A stretch of 64,000 nucleotides of DNA from Thermoanaerobaculia bacterium. GTDB taxonomy: Bacteria; Acidobacteriota; Thermoanaerobaculia; Multivoradales; Multivoraceae. Made by a program: the position numbers and the translations under genes. Numbering within the stretch: the stretch's first letter is position 1; each line of letters starts with the position of its first letter. The stretch covers positions 1,568,001 through 1,632,000 of the forward strand of contig OY761158.1 in NCBI GenBank assembly GCA_963664405.1. The letters run 5' to 3'. The notes beneath the pieces are model-generated. The model searched no databases and had not been told where the DNA came from. It worked only from the letters and a program-made list of their open reading frames with translations. This document shows, piece after piece, positions 19,032 to 27,792 of the stretch.

Positions 19032-20235
19032 TTATCGCCGGCTCGGCATCGCGAGCGGGCTGACCGGAGAAACTACGGTCAGGGTCTCCGTCTTGGGTCT
19101 GTAGCACACCGTAGCGCTGCAGGCTTGATAGTCGACTCTCACCGGGATCTCCATGACCTCGGGTTTGTCCTGAATGGTCCAGTTCATCACCTCGGAGGTC
19201 AGGGATACCGGGACGGCGATATCGACGACACCTTCGTAGACATCCAGCGTCACTCCCAGAGCCTCGAAGGTCTTCGGGCTGGTGGCCGGATAAGAAGGGG
19301 TCCCGACTTCGCAGTCCTGGAGTCTCGTCGATGCTCACTGTGGTTGCGAAATAGCCGTCCGGGAGGTCGCCGCTGTAGACGTGCAGGCCTTCTTCGAGCT
19401 CGAGGCGCACATAGAGCACGCTGTGATACTCGAACTTCAGCGACTCATCCGCCAAGAAGGCGGTGATCTCGACTTGGTCGTTACGCAGAGACTCGTTGGG
19501 CGCCTCTTTCGGCATCAGCACGTCGCCCAGGGCCGAATCCACGATCGACCCAGCGGAGGCCCGGCTGGCGTAGTGGCGGTAGAAGAACTTCTCGGTGACC
19601 ACGCCCGACTCATCGGTTACGTAAACGCCCGGGAAGGGCAGGCCGTACATCCTCTCCGAGTCTTCCGGAGCGATCAGCGTGTTGAGGATGCCGAACTTCT
19701 TGATCACCTCCGAATCGACATCGGAGAGGAGGTCATAGCTCAAATCGTACTGATCCACGAAGGAAGTGAGGCTGGATTGCGGGTCGTAGCTGACGCCATA
19801 GACCTTGACATTGTCTGAAGCGAGATCTTCCATTCGGTTGTGCAACTCGACCAGTTGCGTGCGGCAGTACGGTCACCAAACAACGGAACGGTAAAAGACC
19901 ACAATCGCCTTGGAGTCGCCGCGGTCCTGATGGAAGTCGACCAGCTCCCCATTCTGATTGGGGAGTGAGAACTCCGGCAGGCGCTCCCCCACTTCAGGAC
20001 CGGTGAGGAATTCCCAGGTAGCCGGATATCGCCGCCCGGGGGAGCTGACCGGCGCCCTCGGCACCGTAATGCCCAGGTCGTCGGTCTTCTCGTCGGCCGC
20101 CATGCCTTCGTGGGCGCCGCGCACTGTCACCCCGCCGTCCTGGGCCCCGGCGCCCCCGGCCGTCAAGGCGACTCCGAGAAGGAGAGCTATCAGTCCGTAG
20201 AGTCGACCACTGCTCGTCATCGATGTGTCCGTCAT
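19032..20235 (-). CDS. Exported peroxiredoxin-like (AhpC/TSA) UxxC selenoprotein fused to a DsbD N-terminal-like domain; one frameshift near 19310
   Basis: ORF 19873-20235 ends FYRSVVW-TGA and continues in frame PYCRTQLVEL...GVSYD...LLSD...FGIL...PFPGVYV. Removing one base near 19311 joins it to ...YEGVVDI...YQACSATVCYRP (ORF ending 19032). Confidence 0.8.
19842..19858 (-). promoter_or_regulatory. Putative bacterial SECIS hairpin
   Basis: Minus strand GCAACT-GGTCG-AGTTGC: perfect 6-bp stem with GGT in the loop, starting 14 nt after the TGA at 19875-19873. Confidence 0.65.
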
Positions 20236-20287
20236 CTAGTAACTCCTCTTCCAGTTCCCTCGCTTGGCCTCGGCGACCCTAACGCCA

Positions 20288-20806
20288 CTAGGCCGCGTTT
20301 GCGAGCTCGTCTGTAATAGCACGCGGCGAGCGGAAGCGTAATGGGCGCCTCGCCGTGCAGGAACGGACCCGGGCTGTTCTCGAGCTTCTCTTCCCAGTAC
20401 GAGTACTGGCGTCGGTACGCTTCGACGCTGGCCGGCTTGGATTCCGTGCCAACCGCTTCAGGGCCAAGTAGAAGTACAAGACCGTGAAGCCAAGCAGGAA
20501 GTGGTGCAAGAGTCGGCGCCGCAGCTGCGGAACTCCGTCTCGCACCAAGCTCCATCGGTGCCAGAAGTGCGCGGCGCTATCGACGCGGTGGATCCCCCCG
20601 CGAAGCGCTCGACTCAAGCCGAGCATCTCCTCGCTAGAAACCGCCTGAAAACCGAGCGCGCGCAGAATGGACTCGGACTGCAGGAGCCACGGTCCGCCGT
20701 CCAGACTCGCGGCCGGCATCAAGATTCCGCTGTTCCGAAACACGGAGAGCGGCGGAACGAGGGCCACGGTGTGCGGAATCCCGCGCTCGTGGATTCCCAA
20801 AAGGAC
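20288..20806 (-). pseudogene. Glutathione S-transferase-like remnant
   Basis: VLLGIHERGIPHT...LMPAASLDGGPWLLQSESIL (GST-N-like). After a frameshift YWEEKLENSPGPFLHGEAP (GST-C-like), then truncated; the 5' end is missing. Confidence 0.55.
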
Positions 20807-20807
20807 C

Positions 20808-21105
20808 GTTGCTCCTCCGCCGAGCGGCGGCCTTCCCCTTATGGCAGGAAGGTCGGCTCCAGCGAGAAACTTTCGGGGCCTTCTCAGGGTTCACTCACGT
20901 TGCGGCCTGCACCTTTGCCCTCTGGACTTTCTCCAGATATTCCGGAGGCTTCAGCCGATCGGTCACCCGATTCGACTGCTCCGGCGGCTACCGGGGTGTA
21001 CCGACAACTCCCCGGGCGCGACTCTCACCCGCCGGCCTTCGAGACCCAGAGGTCTCCTATCTCTGTCTTTCGATCAGATCATCAGATTCCTCCTTCGTGT
21101 CGCAC
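20808..21105 (-). mobile_element. Group II intron 5' fragment (domain I only)
   Basis: Minus strand starts with the GTGCG 5' splice consensus (GTGCGACACGAAGG). It contains GGGTGAGAGTC..CCGG...CCGGTAGC, GCTGAAGCCTCCGG, GCAGGCCGCAACGTGAGTGAAC and GCCGACC...GGGGAAGGCC, segments I recognise from group II intron domain I. No RT ORF or domain V seen. Confidence 0.7.
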
Positions 21106-21303
21106 TGCCAGCCGACTATTTCAGGGAGGCGCCGGCTCGGGCTCGCTAACTCGGTCCCGCGGTGAGCCTGGATCCCTCGAGACTGCGGAGAACAGCCGGT
21201 TCCAAGCACTCTGTACTTTCCGCGATCACCTAGGGGTCACCAATCTGGCGGTGGGAGGCGGCCTCCGCGCACCCAGTCGCCACTGTCCCCCTCACCGTCG
21301 CCA

Positions 21304-21356
21304 CCATCATCGCCATTGTCATTGCCATCATCGCCATTGTCATTGCCATCATCGCC
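21304..21356 (-). repeat. 2.5 x 21-bp tandem repeat in an orphan Gly/Asp-rich C-terminal tail
   Basis: CCATCATCGCCATTGTCATTG repeated; minus strand reads GDDGNDNGDDGNDNGDDGGDGEGDSGDW...PDW* (stop 21237-21239). Confidence 0.7.
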
Positions 21357-21367
21357 GTCGTTGGGGT

Positions 21368-22493
21368 TGTGGGGGGCGAAAACCCAACTGTCCTAGGCCG
21401 CGAGTCGTCGACGGTATCGATGGTGTAATCCACCGACCAGCGGGAACGCGATTACGTCGCCCATCTCGGGCGGCTCGACGCACGGGGCACGGGACAGTCG
21501 TTCTCCAGCGACTGGTGAGTGCGCGTATCATGGTAGTAGGCGACGTAGCTGCGGAGAACTCGGCGGTGATGCTGCTCATTGAGGACCACAAGACATGGTC
21601 GAGGCACTCACGACGCATGGAGCCAATCAGCCGTTCGCAGAACGGATTCTGCCAGGGTGAGTGGGGCGCAGTCTTGACCTCTTCGATACCGATCGACTCG
21701 ATGCATCTGGCGAACTCCCCCGAGGAACTTCGTGTCGTTGCCACGGAGTAAGTAACGAGGAGCGGTGTCGTAGGGAAACGCCTCGAGGAGTTGCTGAGCG
21801 GTCCAGGCGCTGGACGGCGAGTCGGTTACGTTTGAGTGGATGATTCTGCGGCGGTCGTGCGACATGATGATCAGGACGTATAGGACTCGAAACGTCGCCG
21901 TCGGCACGGTAAAGAAATCGATGGCTACCAGGTCCTCGACGTGATTGTCGAGGAAGGCTCGCCAGGTTTGCGACGGTGGCGTTTGCCGCTTTGGCTTGTA
22001 CGTGGCGACGGTGGAATCGCTAACGCTGATGCCGAGCTTGGCGAGTTCAGACTGAATTCGCCGCTTGCCCCAAGTCGGATTGACGTTCCAAATGTCGCGG
22101 ATCAGCTTGCGCTGCTCGGGAGCGATCCTCGGTCGGCCTCCCTTGGGTCGGCTTTTCCGGCGCCAGTAGTACCTGAATCCAGCGCGATGCCCGTTGATGA
22201 TGGTGGCAGGTTGGACCAGTTGGAGCCCATCGCGCCAGTTGGGCCACACATGCTCCAGGCAGATCCAAAAGAGTCGGTCATGGTCTTCGAGTTGCGGCTT
22301 GGTCGACCGGCGATGGAGTACTGCGAGTTGGTGGCGAAGCGCGAGGTTCTCTAGCGCCAGATCGCACCTCGGCCGGAGACTCGACACGGCACTGCGAACG
22401 ATGGTTCGGAGTAGTTCCCACATAGGATGCCGACTCTACCGACCGGTACGGAAGGTGAGTGACTTCGGGGCGGACGGGTATTCGCCCCCCACA
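21368..22493 (-). mobile_element. IS481-like insertion sequence (1126 bp)
   Basis: Terminal IRs TGTGGGGGGCGAAAACCC (21368) and GGGTATTCGCCCCCCACA (22493), 17/18 match, with TGT..ACA ends. No flanking direct repeat. Confidence 0.8.
21393..22423 (-). pseudogene. Integrase-core (DDE/rve) transposase, frameshifted
   Basis: LENLALRHQL, NPTWG..RI..EL.KLG, AIDFFTVPT; then in other frames SPWQNPFCERLIGSMRRECLDH and GGLHHRYRRRLAA*. Confidence 0.85.
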
Positions 22494-22587
22494 AGCGGCT
22501 CCGCCTCAGCTGGAGCGGTGGACCGGCGCCGCTCAGTCGTGTGTTCTCGATGCGTGCGGAGTAGCCGCCGGCGGGTGCGCTTCGCCG

Positions 22588-25173
22588 TCAATCCTTGTAG
22601 AAAGGCCACAAAGCGGTGAACTCTTCTTCGCCCATCGCGACTTCGCCGACCAACTCGATCAGCGTCTCACGGGAGATGTCCGTATTGCCCTTCATGGCTT
22701 GGATGCGCGCGCGCAGAAGGCCCTTCATGATCAGGACCTCTCGCCTCAGACGCTCGAGATTCTCCGCGCTTCGATCCGGATCACGGACCAGGCTCTCGAC
22801 GGACTCGAGGTGCAACTCGAACATCTCCAGATTGGCGGCGAAGATCTCACGGGTCACTGGAGGGCGGCGAAGGATGGCGTACTCGAGGTAGGGCCTGTTG
22901 TCCGAGTTCTCGGGTACATCCGGCCCAACGATCAGATCGAGAGCGTCGGGTCCAGCTACGAAAGTGGAGAGCAGGCGCCACACATCCGGATTGCCGATCA
23001 TCTTCAGATTGGCGCTGACTCCCGGCTGCTGCAGTCGCTCCTCCATCTGTCGAATATCGATCACCAGCGGCTCTTCGCGCCGGCCCATGAGCAGCACAGA
23101 CGTTCCGTCATACCAGAGGGAGCTTTCGGGAAAGACGTTCAGAAACCCTCTCATGATGACCCGGAGGTGCTCGGGGGAGAGGTGGAAGAGAGGCACCCAC
23201 TGCACCATGATGCCGCCAATGTCGAGGCGGTCGTAGCACAGCTGCATGAAGTCCTGGGTGTACTGGTAGACCACCGGAGGATCGGTCGGGTCTACGCTGA
23301 TGACGTCGTAGTGATGTTCTGTCGTCAGCAAGAAGTGGCGGCCGTCGTGAATCCAGAGATGGAGACGCGGATCGTTCCACGGCCGCCCATTGACCGACGC
23401 GAACAGGCGATGGGCCGGGACGACTTCGGCGACGATCTCGATGGTGTCAATCCGCTCAGGCTCCTGGTAGGAAGCCACAGCTCCCAGCGATACGCCGGCC
23501 CCAAGACCCACCAGGGCGACTCGTTTGGGATCCTCATGCAGGAGCATGGGGAGATGCGCCTTCAGAAGGAGATCCCAGATGTCGTGAAGGGAGTCCTCCG
23601 CCACTGCGACGCCGTTGACGGTCAGCGCTCGGATCTCGCCATTGGTCGCCACCCCGACGGTTCCCTCGATCCCCTCGTCGAGAAAGAGAGTTTGATCGGG
23701 CGGCAGTCGTTGGACCTGAGTGAAGCCGCCGTTGAACCAATAGATCGGTCGTCTCACCGAAGGCAGCGCGACGAGCATCATGGCGGCCAAAGCGAGAGAG
23801 GCAGAGATCATGCGCAGGCGTGGAGCTTGAACGACCATGGCCGCCAGCAGGCAGTAGATCAGGCTCAACAGCATGAGGCTGGTATTGAGTCCGAGAAAGG
23901 GGATCATCAGGAAGCCGGAGCAGAAAGAGCCCGCGATGGAGCCGATCGTGTTCCAGGCGTAGAGAACGCCGATGTCATGCCCGAGTGTGGTCACCGACCG
24001 GCTGCACCATCGAAAGAGCGACGGAAGGACCGTTCCGAAGACCGTCGCCGGGATCGCCACCACCACGAACATAGCGGCCAGCGAGAGATTCACCTTGTCC
24101 AGAGTGGTGAGTGTTTCCATCGCTCTGATGTTGTGAAACATCCATCCCAGCTTCGACTGCCCCAGGACCGAGGCCCCGAGAAGAACGGCGCTGGTGAGGA
24201 TCGAAAGAGCGACCGCCACGTCCAGCGAGCGCAGGCGATCGACCCATCGCGAGACCAGGAAGCTGCCCAGGGCAATGCCGGTCAGGAAGGCGCCCAGAAT
24301 GGTGGCGAAGGTCAGCACGTTGCCGGTCAGAAAATTGACAAAGAGTCGGGTCCAGAGAACCTCCGCGGCGAGGGTGATGAAGCCGGAGCTGAAAGCGACC
24401 GTGTAGAGAACCGTCAACCGGCTTCCGGGTAGCGAAGAGGTCAGGCCGGTGCCGTCGCTCGTGGGCAGAGGCGGAGGCTCGTCCGACCCCGCACGCTCAT
24501 CCGGACCCGACTCCGAACGTGCGCTGAGCACACAGGAGAAGACCCCCACCAGCCCGGTTATGGCGCAAGCGAGAAGCATCGTTCCGGCGACGCCCAAGCG
24601 CAGGATCAGCACATAGGCGGCCGCCAGTGATCCGAAAACAGCGCCGAGCGTGTTGAGGCCGTAGAGCAGCCCCATCCACTTGCCGATGCTTTGTGAAGAT
24701 CGGGTGACGAACTTGGCCAGAACGGGAAGAGTTCCTCCCATGAGTGTGGTGGGAGGAAGGAGGAGGACCACGGCGATCGAGAACTTGATCAGACTCGTCA
24801 GGGTGTGGGAGAGCTCCCGTCCCCGCAGGAGAGCGACCATCATTTCTTGCAGCCAGGGGATGGCGAGGACGAACAGGGTCACATAGATCGCGAGAGCGAT
24901 CTCAAGGACGCCATAGACCAGGAGTGGCCTTCGCTGACGATCGATCCAACGGCCGAGGAGGTAGCTGCCAAGCGCCAGGCCGGCCATGAAGACGGTCAGG
25001 ACGGTGCTGATGGCGTAGATCGTGGTGCCGAAGCTTAGACTCAGAACTCGCACCCAGGCCACCTGGTAGATGAGCGCCGAGAAGCCCGAGGCCGCGAAGA
25101 GCAGACACACTGCCGCGATAAGAGGTGGGCTCAGAGTCTGCGAACCGGCCGCGGAGGGTTGTTGTGTCTTCAC
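22588..25173 (-). CDS. Fused multi-TM/spermidine synthase-like SAM-dependent transferase
   Basis: SGFSALIYQVAW, LMGGTLP, LYGLNTLGAV, LYAWNTIGSI; then VGLGAGVS, IHDGRHFL, YDVISVDP, NSDNRPYLEY. Start at GTG 25173. Confidence 0.85.
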   Translation of the reverse strand: MKTQQPSAAGSQTLSPPLIAAVCLLFAASGFSALIYQVAWVRVLSLSFGTTIYAISTVLTVFMAGLALGSYLLGRWIDRQRRPLLVYGVLEIALAIYVTLFVLAIPWLQEMMVALLRGRELSHTLTSLIKFSIAVVLLLPPTTLMGGTLPVLAKFVTRSSQSIGKWMGLLYGLNTLGAVFGSLAAAYVLILRLGVAGTMLLACAITGLVGVFSCVLSARSESGPDERAGSDEPPPLPTSDGTGLTSSLPGSRLTVLYTVAFSSGFITLAAEVLWTRLFVNFLTGNVLTFATILGAFLTGIALGSFLVSRWVDRLRSLDVAVALSILTSAVLLGASVLGQSKLGWMFHNIRAMETLTTLDKVNLSLAAMFVVVAIPATVFGTVLPSLFRWCSRSVTTLGHDIGVLYAWNTIGSIAGSFCSGFLMIPFLGLNTSLMLLSLIYCLLAAMVVQAPRLRMISASLALAAMMLVALPSVRRPIYWFNGGFTQVQRLPPDQTLFLDEGIEGTVGVATNGEIRALTVNGVAVAEDSLHDIWDLLLKAHLPMLLHEDPKRVALVGLGAGVSLGAVASYQEPERIDTIEIVAEVVPAHRLFASVNGRPWNDPRLHLWIHDGRHFLLTTEHHYDVISVDPTDPPVVYQYTQDFMQLCYDRLDIGGIMVQWVPLFHLSPEHLRVIMRGFLNVFPESSLWYDGTSVLLMGRREEPLVIDIRQMEERLQQPGVSANLKMIGNPDVWRLLSTFVAGPDALDLIVGPDVPENSDNRPYLEYAILRRPPVTREIFAANLEMFELHLESVESLVRDPDRSAENLERLRREVLIMKGLLRARIQAMKGNTDISRETLIELVGEVAMGEEEFTALWPFYKD

Positions 25174-25186
25174 CGCAACTGTTCCC

Positions 25187-27031
25187 TCAGTGTGACGAAG
25201 CAGACATCTGGGCGAGGCGCCGCCGTGCTTCTTCTGAGCTAGGCTCGATGCCGAGCGCTTGTTCGAAGGCTTGCCGCGCGGCGGTCGGATCACCAAGCTG
25301 TTGATAGGCCCGCCCGAGACGGACGTGGAGAAGGGATCGAAAGCCGGCGGGCCAGTGCACCTGCGTCTGGTCGATGGCCCGCTGAAGAAACTTGCGGGCC
25401 TCCTCGTAGCGGCCGACTCGACCATAGTGATCGCCGAGCCGAGCGAGCGCGACGCCATTCTCTGGGTTGAGCTTCACGGCCGCCAGGTAGAGCTCGAGTG
25501 CCTCGTCTTCTCGGCCCAACTTGGCGAGGAGGTGACCGTTCGTCGCCAGGATCTCGGAGTCTTCGGGCAGCAGCTCCAGGGCTCCCTCGGAGGCTGTCAA
25601 CGCCTCCGAGGTTTTCCCCGCCCAACCCAAGGTGACGGCGAGGTTGTGGAGCGCTCTGCCCATATCAGCCGGGCCCATGAGCCGTTCCGCTCTCGAGGCG
25701 ACCCGCTTCTCGATCTCCTCCGGCAAGGGCCCGCCTTCGCTGAGACCCAGATCTCCCACTACTTCATACAGCGCCTTGGCGAGCTCGGCGTGCGCCTCGA
25801 TGTTTGGATGGAGGTGATCGAGGAAGAGCTCACTGCCGAGAATCTCCTGGCCGTGCTCGCTACGGTTGTGCAGGCGAAGAATCTCCGGGTAGTCGACGAG
25901 ATGAATCCCGTGGCCGGCCGCCACCTCGCTTACGATCACCTCGATCTCCGAAAGCGCACGCAAAGGGGCTATGTCCTCGTCCTTGGCGCGGACGAAGTAG
26001 GAGTAGGCCTCTTCTGGGCGGCCCTTCTCGAGCAGGGCGCGCCCGAGCAGGTAGAGGTTCTCCGCGTGATGGGGGTCGAGCGACTCCGCTTGCTCGAGTG
26101 CACTGAGGGCTTCGTCCGGGTTGCCTTCGGCGAGCTCCCGCCGGCCCTCCTCGAAGAGCTCGTTCCAGCGCTCGAGGGTAGATGCGCTCAACACCGAGCT
26201 CTCGCTCTTGAAGGGGCCGAAGTCCTTCAGATTGCTGGCGGGGTTGACGAGGATCACTCGCGCCCCGCTCTCTTCGGCCATGGTGACGATACGCTCGAGG
26301 CTGAATCGGTAGTGGTCGAGAACTCTCTCGCGCAGCTGCAAGTCTCTGTGGTAGGTCTCGGGGCCGTCGCGCTCGAGAATGGTGGTGACTTCTCGTGCCA
26401 TCTGCACGGAAGGCGCGGGCGGAGAGACGATCGCTTCCCGTGCCGCCTGCATGAAGGAATAGAGGCGCGAACGTGAGGCCAGGCCGACGGCGGTCGAAAA
26501 AGAGCTCGACCAGTCGCGAACCTCGGAGTAGCTACGCTCTTCGAGAAACTCGTTGTGTCCCGTGTACACGATCACCAGGTCCGGCGTGTACTGCCTGAGC
26601 TCCTCCATCAGGAGGGCTAAACGGTAGCTTGCGTAAGAGATACCACCGGCATTGATGATCTGCCAGTCGATGGCAGGATCCGCCTCTTCGAGGTAGGCCT
26701 CCAGGAACGCAGGGTAGGCGGTCCGACTGTCATAGGGCCGGCCGTAGGTGGTCGAGCCGCCGATACAAAAGGCTCGGAGAGAGCTCTTCTCTTTATGCAC
26801 CGGGAAAGTTTGAAAGTTGAAGAAGGCGAGTTTTCTGGGATCGGTGACGTAGTCGTCGCCGTCCCGTGCGAACAGAGAGACACCGGGCCGGAAGCCAACG
26901 AAAGGGTCCCTTATCTGTCGTACCGGCTTGACGCCAAGCACCGTAAGAGCCAGCTCGACCACGACGAAGAAGGTCACGGTGGTGGCTACGGCAAGGGCCA
27001 GCTTCTTCCCTAAAGGCAGCTCTGCCGGCAC
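25187..27031 (-). CDS. SGNH/GDSL-hydrolase-like protein with TPR repeats
   Basis: N-terminal TM segment; CIGGSTTYG, INAGGISYAS, YTGHNEF, DHLHP; TPR helices. Confidence 0.8.
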   Translation of the reverse strand: MPAELPLGKKLALAVATTVTFFVVVELALTVLGVKPVRQIRDPFVGFRPGVSLFARDGDDYVTDPRKLAFFNFQTFPVHKEKSSLRAFCIGGSTTYGRPYDSRTAYPAFLEAYLEEADPAIDWQIINAGGISYASYRLALLMEELRQYTPDLVIVYTGHNEFLEERSYSEVRDWSSSFSTAVGLASRSRLYSFMQAAREAIVSPPAPSVQMAREVTTILERDGPETYHRDLQLRERVLDHYRFSLERIVTMAEESGARVILVNPASNLKDFGPFKSESSVLSASTLERWNELFEEGRRELAEGNPDEALSALEQAESLDPHHAENLYLLGRALLEKGRPEEAYSYFVRAKDEDIAPLRALSEIEVIVSEVAAGHGIHLVDYPEILRLHNRSEHGQEILGSELFLDHLHPNIEAHAELAKALYEVVGDLGLSEGGPLPEEIEKRVASRAERLMGPADMGRALHNLAVTLGWAGKTSEALTASEGALELLPEDSEILATNGHLLAKLGREDEALELYLAAVKLNPENGVALARLGDHYGRVGRYEEARKFLQRAIDQTQVHWPAGFRSLLHVRLGRAYQQLGDPTAARQAFEQALGIEPSSEEARRRLAQMSASSH

Positions 27032-27072
27032 CGCGAAAGATTAGCACGCACTACACACGAGTCCCTCCAGTC

Positions 27073-27680
27073 ATGATTGATTTTCATCAAGCTCTGAACG
27101 TCTTCGCCCCCGATCTCTTTGCCGGGCGCACCGTCGTCGTGACCGGGGGCGGCCGTGGCATCGGGCGCCGCATCGCTCTCGGTTTCGGGCGCTACGGAGC
27201 CAATGTCGTGATCGCCAGCCGAAACCCAGAGAATCTCGATCCGACTGAGCAGGAGCTGCTTTCGCTAGGCGCCGATTGCCTGGCGATGCCAACCGACATC
27301 CGCGAGATCGGGGATGTCGAGGCGCTGCTCGCGGCGAGCCTGGAGCGCTTCGGTCAGGTGGACTTCCTGATCAACAATGCGGGTGGACAGTTCCCGGCCC
27401 GCCCGACCGAGATCAGGGACGGAGGCTGGCGTGCTGTCGTCGACCTCAATCTCAACGGCACTTGGAACATGTGCTCTCGTTTCGGGCGTCATATGCTCTC
27501 GCGCGGTTTCGGTTCGATCGTCAACGTCGTCCACATCTACTCCCTCGATCGTGGCGGCCCCGATTGGGCGCACTCGGGGGCGGCACGGCGCGGGAGTCGT
27601 CAACCTGAGTAAGAGCCTCGCCTATCACTGGGCGCACCGCAATGTGACGGTCAACGCGCTGGCGCCCGGAATGGTCGAGA
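27073..27680 (+). pseudogene. SDR oxidoreductase (enoyl-CoA-reductase-like), frameshifted and 3'-truncated
   Basis: VTGGGRGIG, NNAGGQF, HSGAAR; frameshift near 27588 to AGVVNLSKSLA...VNALAPGMVET, after which similarity is lost. Confidence 0.75.
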
Positions 27681-27792
27681 CGCGAGAAGCCCGCCTGTGG
27701 TGCAGAGAGCCTGGGGCGGATGGTCTTCTAGGGCGACCGTGGACGACACCACCACTTCGAAACGTACGCAAAGCGCGCTATCCTGATTGCCA

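Noticed and set aside
20501-21751. 416-aa ORF with a His/Cys-rich stretch (HHHRHCHCHH) suggesting a metal-binding protein
   Set aside because: It runs antisense across a GST remnant, an intron fragment and the IS end; the His tract is the reverse of the GDDGNDN repeat.
22459-24432. 657-aa plus-strand ORF, and similar long antisense ORFs (e.g. 25259-26476, 42126-43451)
   Set aside because: Opposite-strand shadows of recognisable genes, expected at high GC.
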